Positions 7,326 to 16,286 of a stretch of DNA of 25,741 bases are shown here, in pieces. How positions within the stretch are numbered: position 1 is the stretch's first letter; each line of letters starts with the position of its first letter. Origin of the DNA: Myxococcales bacterium (GTDB lineage Bacteria; Myxococcota_A; UBA9042); NCBI GenBank assembly GCA_037441385.1, contig JBBISH010000093.1, forward strand, positions 1-25,741, read 5' to 3'. The notes under the pieces were generated by a model. That model did not search any database, had not been told where the DNA came from, and saw nothing but the letters and a program-made list of their open reading frames with translations. A program made the position numbers and the translations under genes.

Positions 7326-8651
7326 ATGCCGCAACCCGCCACGACTGCGCCTGTTCTCGCCCTGGGCGACCTGACCTTGCCGGTGGGGTCGACCCAGACG
7401 ATACGGCGGATCCTCCAAGGCTGGCTGGCCAAGCTTCTGCAAGACTTCTGCGCAATTGCGCCGAGTGCGCTGACGATGGCGAACCGACCGCTGCTCAGCC
7501 GCACCGTGCAAGTCCTGGCGCGCGGTGATCGCAAGTTGGTCCTGCAATTGTTGCGCTTGCCAACGATTTCGACGCCGATTCAGTGCGCCCTGAAGCAGCT
7601 GCGGCCCGGCGGCGATGGCCCGGCACTGAACCACTGGCTGCGCGAGGCCTGCGCCCTGATTTGGCTGGAGCTCGCGGCCCACCAGGCCATCGACAGTCCC
7701 CTGTCTTTGCCCGCCGACGGCTGGCTCCCCACGTTGCTGTCGCCGACGCTGAACTTGCGCATCGAGGCGGGACCAACGGCGGAGCAATGGGTTTTTGAGG
7801 CGGGGCGGGTGGGCGCGGTCGTGGCCGGCAAGGCGCACTGGCTGGATTTGGCCGCGGCGGCGCAACCAGACGCGATCGCCCACCTGGACGGAGCGAGCAT
7901 CGATCGGCCCTACCACGCGGTAGTGCCAGGCGTTTGGCTGGCGACGGCCGACAACAACCCGCTGGCCGACTTTGAAGCGCACCCCGACAAGTCGGGCAAC
8001 GCGATGAGCCTGGGTGGCCAGCCTGTACAAGCCTGGGTCGAGGCGCTGCGAACCAGCTTTGCTTTGCTGGACGAGCATTTGCCTCTGCTGGGCGAGGAGT
8101 TGCGCTGGGTACTGCGGCTCATCGTGCCGGTGGGCTACGACGCCGAGCGCCACCTGTCGGCCAGCTACCAAGAGGCGGTGGGCATCATCTACATGACGCT
8201 GCACCCCCAGCCGATGACGATGGTCGAGGCGCTGATCCACGAGTATCAGCACAACAAGATCAACGCGGTATTTGGCCTGGACCCTCTCTTGCACAACGCT
8301 TGGTCGCCGCTGTACGCCTCGCCCGTCCGCCCGGATCCGCGGCCGCTGCACGGGGTGGTGCTGGCCGTGCACGCGTTCCAGGCGGTTGCCGAGCTGTACC
8401 GGGCATGGGCCGCGGCTGGCCATCCTTGGTCGACCCAGCCGAGCTGGAACGAACGCTTCAAGAAAATCATCGAGTTGGACCACCAGGGTGCCTTGACGGT
8501 GCTGGAACACGCCAAAGCGACCGCGACGGGCGCCAACTACTTCGACGAAATGCGTAGACTAGACGGCCAGTTGCAGATCATCCGCAGCGAGCGCTGGCCC
8601 AATCGACCAGAAACGAGCGGAAATCTGGACGAGTTGGCCGGTCATGACTGA
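7326..8651 (+). CDS. HExxH motif domain protein (aKG-HExxH/FxsB C-terminal-like putative peptide-modifying enzyme)
   Basis: AGGA RBS. HLSASYQEAVG, EALIHEYQHNKI and YASPVRPDPRPLHGVVLAVHAF match the HExxH...PxRxDxRP...H architecture. Confidence 0.8.
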   Translation: MPQPATTAPVLALGDLTLPVGSTQTIRRILQGWLAKLLQDFCAIAPSALTMANRPLLSRTVQVLARGDRKLVLQLLRLPTISTPIQCALKQLRPGGDGPALNHWLREACALIWLELAAHQAIDSPLSLPADGWLPTLLSPTLNLRIEAGPTAEQWVFEAGRVGAVVAGKAHWLDLAAAAQPDAIAHLDGASIDRPYHAVVPGVWLATADNNPLADFEAHPDKSGNAMSLGGQPVQAWVEALRTSFALLDEHLPLLGEELRWVLRLIVPVGYDAERHLSASYQEAVGIIYMTLHPQPMTMVEALIHEYQHNKINAVFGLDPLLHNAWSPLYASPVRPDPRPLHGVVLAVHAFQAVAELYRAWAAAGHPWSTQPSWNERFKKIIELDHQGALTVLEHAKATATGANYFDEMRRLDGQLQIIRSERWPNRPETSGNLDELAGHD

Positions 8652-8700
8652 AAATGCCAGCGCCAACCGGCAGGTCCGGCAGGCAGAGGTTCGGCGGTGA
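8644..8700 (+). CDS. Possible 18-aa small ORF MTENASANRQVRQAEVRR
   Basis: Its ATG overlaps the HExxH stop (ATGACTGA) and its TGA overlaps the next GTG start (GTGA). No other support. Confidence 0.2.
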   Translation: MTENASANRQVRQAEVRR

Positions 8701-10568
8701 AAATCTCGACTTGGGCTTTTCTGGCGATGGCGGCCCTGGCTGGCTGCGTCAATTCGGCGCAACCCACGGTCTACGACGGCTACAGCAGCGGCGACGCGCT
8801 CGCCCAGGATGCGACCCCCACGGACGCTGCCGCCGACGCCACACCGGTCGAGGACACCGCCCCGGCCGACAGTGAGGCCGACGTCTCGCCCACGGCCGAC
8901 ACGGCTCCCAGCGCCGACAGCAGCGATACCGCGGATGCAGCATCTTCGTGCATGACCCAGGCCGAGTGCGACGCCCTGCTGAAGCCCGGCCCATGCGAAT
9001 ACACGCGCTGCGTCCCCAACGGCGCCAGCAACTACTGCGAGCTCCTTCAGCAAAAAGACGGAATGGCCTGCGCCGACGCCGAGTGCCTGGTCGAGGCCGG
9101 CTCGCCGATTCTGCAGGGACGCCTATGCCTGGCCGGCAAGTGCGGGGCTGTGGCCACGACGGTCAGCTGCGACGACAAAGATGCTTGCACCGTAGACACT
9201 TGCAACATCGCCACGGGCTGCGCCCACAGCCTGCTGCCCTGCAATGACAAGGATCCCTGCACCAAGGACACCTGCGATCCCGCCAGCGGCTGTTTGTTCC
9301 CGCCCGACCAGGCGACGCCCTGCGACGACGGCAACGCCTGCACCGTGGGCGACAAGTGCGCGGACGGCTCGTGCGTGGGCGGCAGCGCCAAGAGTTGCCC
9401 GGCGCCAACGGCCTGCCACACGGTCGCCTGCAACTCGGCCAGCGGCGCCTGCGAAGTGGCCAACGCGGCCGACGGCAGCCCATGCGACGACGGCAACTCG
9501 TGCACCAAGCAAGACAGCTGCAACAAGGGCGTCTGCGTCGGCGCCGGCAACCCGTGCGACGACGGCAACTTGTGCACGTTCGACGGGTGTGCATCGGGCT
9601 CGTGCACCACCAAGGGCATCGACGGACCGTGCGACTTGGACGGCTCGGCCTGCACCGCCGACCTCTGCGCCCAGGGGGCCTGCTCGCCGGGCGGCCCACC
9701 CAACTGCGACGACGGCAACCTTTGCACGATCGACAGTTGCGACCCCGCCGCCGGCTGCGTCCACAAAGCCGAGGCCTTTGCCACCCCCTGCGCGACCGGC
9801 AAGTGGTGCGGCCAGGGCATGGCCGCCAAGCAGTGTGTCGCCGCGACCCCACCGCCGGGCATGGCCTACATACCTGGAACCACGGTTAATTTGGGCTGCA
9901 ACACCGCAGTGGACAACCAGTGCAACCCCGACGAAAAGCCGGCGCACCCCGTGCAATTGCCGTCGTACTTCATCGACTTGAACGAGGCAACGGTGGCGCT
10001 GTACCAAGCCTGCGTACAAGGGGGCGCCTGCACTGTCCCTGCCACCGGCGCGAACGCGACCTACGGCGTCGCCGGCAAAAGCAGCCATCCAGTCAACTAC
10101 GTGACCTGGGCCCAGGCCGCCACTTTCTGCCTTTGGGCTGGCGGTTCGCGCCTGTGCAGCGAGGCCGAGTGGGAGTACGCCGCGCGCGGCAGCGACGGCC
10201 GGCGCTTTCCGTGGGGCAACACCGCGTCCACGGCGTGCGACTTCGCCAACTGGGGCGGCGCCTGTGGCAGCGCCACGCCCGTTGGTCAATTCACCAAGGG
10301 AAATGCGCCCTTTGGTCAGAGCGATATGGCTGGCAACGTCCGCGAATGGACCTCGGACTGGTACGCTTCGGGCTATTACGCGCAGTTGGCGGCCAGCGGC
10401 AACGCTGCCGTGTCGCCCGCCGGCCCGGCGACCGGCACCGCGCGCGTCGTGCGCGGCGGCTATTTCGCCGACAACGCCCCCGAAATCCGCACATCGGCGC
10501 GCGCCCTGGCCACCCCGCAGACGGCGACCTTCAGCATCGGCATTCGCTGCTGCCGCACGCCCAAGTAG
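8697..10568 (+). CDS. Cys-rich repeat lipoprotein with C-terminal SUMF1/FGE-like (formylglycine-generating enzyme family) domain
   Basis: GAGGT RBS; lipobox LAGC; D/T/A/S-rich linker; CDDGNxCT repeats; HPVNYVTW, SEAEWEYAARG, FPWG, DMAGNVREW, RVVRGG and GIRCC motifs. Confidence 0.88.
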   Translation: MKISTWAFLAMAALAGCVNSAQPTVYDGYSSGDALAQDATPTDAAADATPVEDTAPADSEADVSPTADTAPSADSSDTADAASSCMTQAECDALLKPGPCEYTRCVPNGASNYCELLQQKDGMACADAECLVEAGSPILQGRLCLAGKCGAVATTVSCDDKDACTVDTCNIATGCAHSLLPCNDKDPCTKDTCDPASGCLFPPDQATPCDDGNACTVGDKCADGSCVGGSAKSCPAPTACHTVACNSASGACEVANAADGSPCDDGNSCTKQDSCNKGVCVGAGNPCDDGNLCTFDGCASGSCTTKGIDGPCDLDGSACTADLCAQGACSPGGPPNCDDGNLCTIDSCDPAAGCVHKAEAFATPCATGKWCGQGMAAKQCVAATPPPGMAYIPGTTVNLGCNTAVDNQCNPDEKPAHPVQLPSYFIDLNEATVALYQACVQGGACTVPATGANATYGVAGKSSHPVNYVTWAQAATFCLWAGGSRLCSEAEWEYAARGSDGRRFPWGNTASTACDFANWGGACGSATPVGQFTKGNAPFGQSDMAGNVREWTSDWYASGYYAQLAASGNAAVSPAGPATGTARVVRGGYFADNAPEIRTSARALATPQTATFSIGIRCCRTPK

Positions 10569-10583
10569 TACGTCGAAATAGGG

Positions 10584-10649
10584 CGAACCCCGGTTCTGGC
10601 CCTGCAGCTTTGCCGGAGTTTCTGAGGCGATTCAGCCGGGATCCGTTTG
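10584..10649 (+). repeat. REP-like dispersed hairpin repeat, diverged copy 3 (between convergent genes)
   Basis: cgaaccccggttctggccc...ttgccggagtttctga...gattcagccggga aligns colinearly with copy 2. Confidence 0.7.
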
Positions 10650-10668
10650 GGGTGAATCGAGCTTGGAA

Positions 10669-11451
10669 TCAGCCGGGTTGCACGCCCGAGCGCTCGCTTT
10701 CTTGGCGTTCCCACTTGCTGATCAGCTGCAGCACCTTGGCTTCCAGCTTGGCGGGGTCGATCTTGCGCTCGTCTTTGGCGTCTTGGTCGGTCTTGACCGG
10801 CGCAGCCGGACTGCTGGGCGCCGCCGACATCGCTGGGGCACCACCGCCGTCCTCTTGAGCAAATACACGGCGTTCGGCCTCGCGTGCCTGCTTTTCGTGC
10901 GCTTCTGCACCGGCCGCATCCTCGTCGCCGCGCTTGCGCTCGTTCAGCACCGGGCTCTGAAAGGCCGAGGGCATGCCGCCGCCCAGCCCAGGAGCGACAC
11001 CGCCGCCCGCGCCAACCCCCGCGTCCGGCGGAGCGACGTGGGCCAGCTCGTGGGCCAGGACCGCCAGACCGCCGCGCGTAGTGGGATCGAACTCGCCCTG
11101 CCCAAAGAAGATGTCGCTGTCGCCCACGGCAAACGCGCGCGCCGACAGCGCTCCGGCGGCCTGTTGGGCCTTGGGCCCGCGGTGGATCCGCACCTGATCC
11201 AGGCGCTCACTGCGGAAGCCCATGCGCGACAAGCGATCGATGAGCGCGGGGTCCAGCTTGGTGGGCACCTGGTCGGACAGCCAGCGCGCGCCCATGTTGG
11301 CGTAGCGGTCTGTCAGCGACTTGCCCATCTGCGCCGTTTGCGCGCCGGCCAATTGCGAAGCCAGCACGCCGGGATCCGCACCCTTGGCTGCGGCCAGCTC
11401 GGCGGCCTGGGCTTGCAGTTCCAGCAGTTCGTCGTCGCGCATGTTCGCCAT
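10669..11451 (-). CDS. eCIS core domain (DUF4157) protein
   Basis: Start ATG with GGAG RBS (MANMRDDE). LDQVRIHRG..A..AA..LSARAFAVGDSDIFFGQGEFDP...G..VLAHELAHV...E..A is the DUF4157 signature. Confidence 0.85.
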   Translation of the reverse strand: MANMRDDELLELQAQAAELAAAKGADPGVLASQLAGAQTAQMGKSLTDRYANMGARWLSDQVPTKLDPALIDRLSRMGFRSERLDQVRIHRGPKAQQAAGALSARAFAVGDSDIFFGQGEFDPTTRGGLAVLAHELAHVAPPDAGVGAGGGVAPGLGGGMPSAFQSPVLNERKRGDEDAAGAEAHEKQAREAERRVFAQEDGGGAPAMSAAPSSPAAPVKTDQDAKDERKIDPAKLEAKVLQLISKWERQESERSGVQPG

Positions 11452-11590
11452 AGCAACTCCGGGCAGGGTCGTGGCACCCATGGGGCAGGCTAGCACGACC
11501 GCCGCCTGGGCGCCACGCTGGAAGTGGGCGGGCGGCCCGGCTGGGGTCGCCATACCTCAGCAAGCGGCAAGGCACAACTGGTCGGCGGGT

Positions 11591-11619
11591 TTGACAGTCT
11601 GCCGGCAACACGGAATCCT
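11591..11619 (+). promoter_or_regulatory. Putative sigma70 promoter, -35 box inside an inverted repeat
   Basis: TTGACA at 11591-11596, 17-bp spacer, AATCCT; flanked by gtcggcggg/tctgccggc. Confidence 0.35.
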
Positions 11620-11657
11620 TGGTCCCACCGGCCGCACGCGCGCCGCAGGCAACCGCC

Positions 11658-12515
11658 ATGGCTGAGCCCCAAACTGCGCAGAATCGGCAAGGGCCAGCAC
11701 AGCCAAAACCGCCGCAGGTGCAGACCCAGCAAATCCCGGTGCCACAAGCACAAATCGAGTTCCCGGATGCTCCGCTGCTGCCCGAGCGGCGCGATCACCC
11801 GTCGTCGGGCTATGTGCCCCTGGCCACCGGTGGCCTCGTGCGGCAGTTTCTGCTGGCGACCATGCCATCGCCTTGGGCTGGCCTGGCTGGCCTGTCGCTG
11901 GCGGCGTGGCGACTGATGACGTTGCACGCGCTGGGGGCCTTGCTGACCGGTCCGTGGCTGGATCTCGCCCTGGGTGTGCTGGCGGATGTGGCGCTGGCCC
12001 ACGGCATGATGGCAGCGGTGCGGCTTTTGTCGCTGTTGGGCAGCGAGCGCGCCGATGCCCGCGGCGAGGTGGCGCGCAACGCGTCGCTGGCGTTTGCGGT
12101 GCTCTGGATGTTCATGATGCTCTTGCGGTTGGCGGGCCTGGTGCACGCGTCGCTGCACGGCTTTGCTATCTCGGGTGAGTTTTGGGTCGGGCTGCTCCGG
12201 CGTCCGGTGGCGACGCTGACGCAAGGAGCGGTCTGGGTTGCGCTTGCCGTGGCGTTGGCGTCGTCGGCCTTGGCGCGCTACTGCATGACCAACGACATGG
12301 AAGCGCCCGAAGTGCTACAAGACACCCTGCCCCGCCAGCGTTTGCTGTTGGCCACGGCGACCACGCTGGCCCTCGCCATCCTCGCGGTGGTGGCCATTCA
12401 CGCCAAGGCGCCTGGCCGAATCGACGCGGCGACGACCAGCCCGGACCTGACGAGCCTGGACAGCTTGGCGCGCGCTCTGCAAGATCCCAGCCTGCGTTCT
12501 TCTGCCGACGAGTAG
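11658..12515 (+). CDS. Multi-pass membrane protein resembling the N-terminal membrane domain of the downstream LtaS-like protein
   Basis: About five hydrophobic segments; by-eye colinear similarity to 12522-13200; stop codon lies 6 nt before the next ATG. Confidence 0.7.
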   Translation: MAEPQTAQNRQGPAQPKPPQVQTQQIPVPQAQIEFPDAPLLPERRDHPSSGYVPLATGGLVRQFLLATMPSPWAGLAGLSLAAWRLMTLHALGALLTGPWLDLALGVLADVALAHGMMAAVRLLSLLGSERADARGEVARNASLAFAVLWMFMMLLRLAGLVHASLHGFAISGEFWVGLLRRPVATLTQGAVWVALAVALASSALARYCMTNDMEAPEVLQDTLPRQRLLLATATTLALAILAVVAIHAKAPGRIDAATTSPDLTSLDSLARALQDPSLRSSADE

Positions 12516-12521
12516 CGTCCA

Positions 12522-14588
12522 ATGCCACGAATGCTCGACAACTTGCTCGAGAACTGGGGGTCCGCGGCGCGCACCTGGCTGCGTTTCTTGGGCCCGAGCT
12601 GGCCACTGGTGGCGGTCGTAGCCCTGGCCTGGGGGACGCGCATCTTGATGCTGCTCGCGCGCCAAGCCAGCTTGGCCGGCGTGTCGGCACCCAAGGAGTT
12701 GGTCTACGGATTTGGCCAAGATATCTTGGCCATCTACGGCCTGTTTCTGTTGGTGCGCGGCGGTCAGCGCTTGGCCGATTGGAGCGTGGTGCTGGCGACG
12801 ACGGTTGTGGCGCCGGCCTGGCTGCTGCTCATCTTGTCGCCGCTAGCGCGGGCGGCCGACCTGGCTCACAACTACTTGGGGGGCTCGCACATCAGTGCCG
12901 AGGCCTTTTTGTACATTGGCGGCGGTTTTGAGGATGTGCTGGCCTCGCCGCGCGTTGCGGGGCTCGCCTTGGCCGCGCTGCTGGCGGTCTTGGCGACCAT
13001 GGCGTGGCTGCGGCGCGAGTCTGCAACGGCCTTGGACCTGGAATTGGCCGGTTTTGCGGCGCCCACCGCGGTGGTGCTGGGCGCGGCGGCGGTGACCCTG
13101 GCGCTGTGGCGACCGGTGACCGCGCCGCCCCACGAATTCGCGCTGGATCTACTGCCAGAGGCCAATCTGACGCGGCAGACCGCGCTGTATTTGCAGGATC
13201 GCCAAGGCCCGCAGCCCGTCGTGCCGGTTTCGCCCGAGCAATGGCAACGTTGGCAGAAGTTTGGCTGGGTGCCGAGCGGCGCACAGATCGGCGCGGCGTT
13301 TCCGCTGGTGCGCGGCAAGACCGGCGAGCCCGAGCTGGACTACGCCCTGGAGCCCCATGCGGTCGAGAAACCCGATGTGGTGCTGCTGCTGGTCGAGTCG
13401 ACGAGTTCGCTGTTCATCCACGAATTGTCCGGTCAGTACAAGGGGTTGATGCCCAACCTGGGCGATCTGACCCACCAGATGACCGTGGTCGATGGCTACC
13501 GCAATGTGGCGTCGCCGACCATCGCGGGCACGATTGGGACGCTCTGTTCGGCCTTTGCGCCGCTGCACCCGGCGGATGTGCACGAGCCGGGGCAGGCCAA
13601 CGCCGGCCCGTCGCTGACCTGCCTGCCCGAGCTGTTGCTCCGGCGCGGCTACAAGACGGTATTCATTGGCGGCCACGACATGCGGCAAGCCGGCACGCTC
13701 ACGTTCTTGCAGCGCCACGGCTTTACCGAGCTGCACAGCGACGCCGAGCTGCTCAAACGCTTCCCCGGCGCCGGCCGAAGTGTGCTGGGTCTGTACGATC
13801 ACTACGTTCTTGACTACGCCAAAGAGCAGATCGCCCGGCTGGAGGCCCCCAGTCCGCTGTCGCCCGAGCACGCCCACCAGCCGTATTTGCTCGTGATCTC
13901 TACGCTGGACACGCACGAGCCGGGCCTGGCGCCGCCCGAATGCGCACTGCCGACCGAGGCCACGCAACTCGGGCAACTGGAAGAGCTTCCCGACGATGCC
14001 GGCGCCCGCCGACAGCTGGCGGCGTACCACTGCTCGGACCAGTTGATCGGCGAATTGGCGCGGCACCTGCTGGCCCCCGAGCGGCGCGACCACACCATGC
14101 TGGTGATCACGGGCGATCACGCGCCCTTCCACACGCCAGCGAACGCGGCGGTGTACGACGGCAAGCCGGCCGGCTGGTCCTTTGACCGGCTGCCGCTGCT
14201 GATTCACGACCCGCGCCACGATCTGCCGGCCAAAGTGCAAGTGCTGTCGGGGACTTTGGATGTGGCTCCCACGCTGGGGCACCTGCTGGGCATCCGCGAC
14301 GAGCGGAGCACCTACCTGGGCTACAGCATCTTTGGCAAACGGCGGGATCTGCCGCTGCTGATCGGCCGGGTGGGTACGCGGATGGCCTACGTGCGCGATC
14401 ACGACAGCGAGCGCGAGCTGCCGTTCAAGCAGTTGCCGGAACTCTGCAAAGCAGCGACACCATTGCTGACCGATCGGCCCGAAGCGCCGAGCGCGTGCGA
14501 CCTGGCGGCGTATTTCGAGTGGCTGGACGGGCTGTGGGCCAACCACCGGCTGCGACCGGCGCGGGCGCTGGCGGGCGGGCCAGAATAG
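12522..14588 (+). CDS. LTA synthase family / alkaline-phosphatase-superfamily (sulfatase-like) membrane protein
   Basis: N-terminal TM helices; KPDVVLLLVES, MPNL, SPTIAG (Thr nucleophile), LPELL..RGYKT, TLDTHEP, TMLVITGDH, DVAPTL..LLG. Confidence 0.85.
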   Translation: MPRMLDNLLENWGSAARTWLRFLGPSWPLVAVVALAWGTRILMLLARQASLAGVSAPKELVYGFGQDILAIYGLFLLVRGGQRLADWSVVLATTVVAPAWLLLILSPLARAADLAHNYLGGSHISAEAFLYIGGGFEDVLASPRVAGLALAALLAVLATMAWLRRESATALDLELAGFAAPTAVVLGAAAVTLALWRPVTAPPHEFALDLLPEANLTRQTALYLQDRQGPQPVVPVSPEQWQRWQKFGWVPSGAQIGAAFPLVRGKTGEPELDYALEPHAVEKPDVVLLLVESTSSLFIHELSGQYKGLMPNLGDLTHQMTVVDGYRNVASPTIAGTIGTLCSAFAPLHPADVHEPGQANAGPSLTCLPELLLRRGYKTVFIGGHDMRQAGTLTFLQRHGFTELHSDAELLKRFPGAGRSVLGLYDHYVLDYAKEQIARLEAPSPLSPEHAHQPYLLVISTLDTHEPGLAPPECALPTEATQLGQLEELPDDAGARRQLAAYHCSDQLIGELARHLLAPERRDHTMLVITGDHAPFHTPANAAVYDGKPAGWSFDRLPLLIHDPRHDLPAKVQVLSGTLDVAPTLGHLLGIRDERSTYLGYSIFGKRRDLPLLIGRVGTRMAYVRDHDSERELPFKQLPELCKAATPLLTDRPEAPSACDLAAYFEWLDGLWANHRLRPARALAGGPE

Positions 14589-14594
14589 CGTCGA

Positions 14595-16196
14595 TCAACT
14601 GGCGTGCAGCTCCATGGTGCTGTGCAGCGTAACCCCTGGATTCTTGTCGACGATGTAGTCGGCGCGGAACCGCGTCTCGGTGAGCAGGCACAGGTTGCCG
14701 TGGCCATCCCAGTACAAGTCGCGCGTGGCCGAATCTTCTAGCTTCTTTTGCACCACGGCGTCTTTGCACTGCACCCAGCGGCACACCTGCAGGGCCATGC
14801 CCTCGAACACCGCGTCCACGTTGTACTCTTCGCGCAGGCGGGCGGCGATCACGTCGAACTGCAGCGAGCCCACCGCGCCCACGATCCACTCGCTGCCGAT
14901 GAGCGGCCGAAATAGCTGGGCGGCGCCCTCTTCGCACACTTCGGTCAGGCCCTTTTGCAGCTGCTTTTGCTTCATCGGGTCGCGGAGCCGCACGCGGCGG
15001 AACAGCTCGGGCGCAAACGACGGCACGCCGGTGAACTGCAGGTTCTCGCCCTGGGTAAACGTATCAGCGATGCGGATGGTGCCGTGGTTGGGCACGCCAA
15101 TGATGTCGCCGGGATAGGCCTCTTCCACGATGGAGCGATCGCGCGCCAGGAACGTCATGGCGTTGCGAACCGCCATCGTCTTGCCGGTGCGCGGTTGATA
15201 AATGTCCATCCCGCGGCGGAAAATCCCCGACACGATGCGGATAAAGGCCATGCGGTCGCGGTGGTTGCGGTCCATGTTGGCCTGGATCTTGAACACAAAG
15301 CCGCTGAAGGCGTCTTCTTCGGCGTCCACGACCCGGTGCACCGTCTCGCGCGGCTGCGGCCCCGGCGCCAGATCGCAAAAGCAGTCCAGCAGCTCTTTGA
15401 CGCCGAAATTGTTCAGCGCCGAACCAAAGAACACCGGCGTCTGCTGGCCGCGCAAAAAGCGCGTGGCGTCGTAGGCTTCGCTGGCGCCCTCCAGCAGCTC
15501 GATCTCGCCGGTGACCTGGTCGTAGTGCTTGCCGATGAGCTCCTTGGCCTCGGGCGAGCCCAGCGAGTCGAGGACCACGCGCTCGTTCTTGTGGCCGCGC
15601 TCAGCCGCCAGGTAGAAATTCACCGTCTTGTCGCGCAGATCATAGACGCCCTGGAACTCCTTGCCGCCGCCGATCGGCCACGTCATCGGCGTGCAGGCCA
15701 TGTGCAGCTCTTTTTCCAGATTGTCCAACAGATCCAACGGGTCCATCGCCTCCAAGTCCAGCTTGTTCATGAAGGTGATGACCGGCGTGCGCTTGAGCCG
15801 GCACACTTCCAGCAACTTCTTGGTCTGCGTTTCCACGCCCTTGGTCGCGTCGATGACCATCAGCACCGCGTCCACCGCCGTCAGGGTGCGGAAGGTGTCT
15901 TCCGAAAAGTCGTTGTGGCCCGGCGTGTCCAGCAGGTTCAACTGCAAGCCGCGGTACTCAAAGGTCATCACCGCGGTCGATACCGAGATGCCGCGCTCGC
16001 GCTCGATCGACATCCAGTCCGAGGTCGCGGACTTCTGATTGCGCTTGGCCTTGACCGCGCCGGCCAGGTGGATCGCCCCGCCGAACAGCAGCAGCTTCTC
16101 GGTGATGGTCGTCTTGCCGGCGTCGGGGTGCGAGATGATGGCAAAAGTGCGCCGGCGGGCAATTTCGCGATGGAGCTCGGGGTTCTGGCTGATCAT
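14595..16196 (-). CDS. prfC: Peptide chain release factor 3
   Basis: RRRTFAIISHPDAGKTTITEKLL, LLDTPGHNDFSEDT, FVFKIQANMD..HRDR, GAVGSLQFDV. Likely start MISQNPEL. Confidence 0.97.
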   Translation of the reverse strand: MISQNPELHREIARRRTFAIISHPDAGKTTITEKLLLFGGAIHLAGAVKAKRNQKSATSDWMSIERERGISVSTAVMTFEYRGLQLNLLDTPGHNDFSEDTFRTLTAVDAVLMVIDATKGVETQTKKLLEVCRLKRTPVITFMNKLDLEAMDPLDLLDNLEKELHMACTPMTWPIGGGKEFQGVYDLRDKTVNFYLAAERGHKNERVVLDSLGSPEAKELIGKHYDQVTGEIELLEGASEAYDATRFLRGQQTPVFFGSALNNFGVKELLDCFCDLAPGPQPRETVHRVVDAEEDAFSGFVFKIQANMDRNHRDRMAFIRIVSGIFRRGMDIYQPRTGKTMAVRNAMTFLARDRSIVEEAYPGDIIGVPNHGTIRIADTFTQGENLQFTGVPSFAPELFRRVRLRDPMKQKQLQKGLTEVCEEGAAQLFRPLIGSEWIVGAVGSLQFDVIAARLREEYNVDAVFEGMALQVCRWVQCKDAVVQKKLEDSATRDLYWDGHGNLCLLTETRFRADYIVDKNPGVTLHSTMELHAS

Positions 16197-16286
16197 GGCG
16201 TACTCTCTGGGCAGGCTGAGCGACCCACAGGGCCTCAGCGGATTCACGTGTTATTCTGGATAGTTCAGCGGTGCGGGCGGGCGTCG

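Noticed and set aside
10380..10568. DGR variable region in the FGE (C-type lectin fold) tip
   Set aside because: No template repeat differing at adenines and no reverse transcriptase in the window.
8697..14588. FGE plus sulfatase maturation pair
   Set aside because: The FGE-like domain lacks the catalytic Cys pair, and the sulfatase-like protein has a Thr nucleophile (LtaS-type), not CxPxR.
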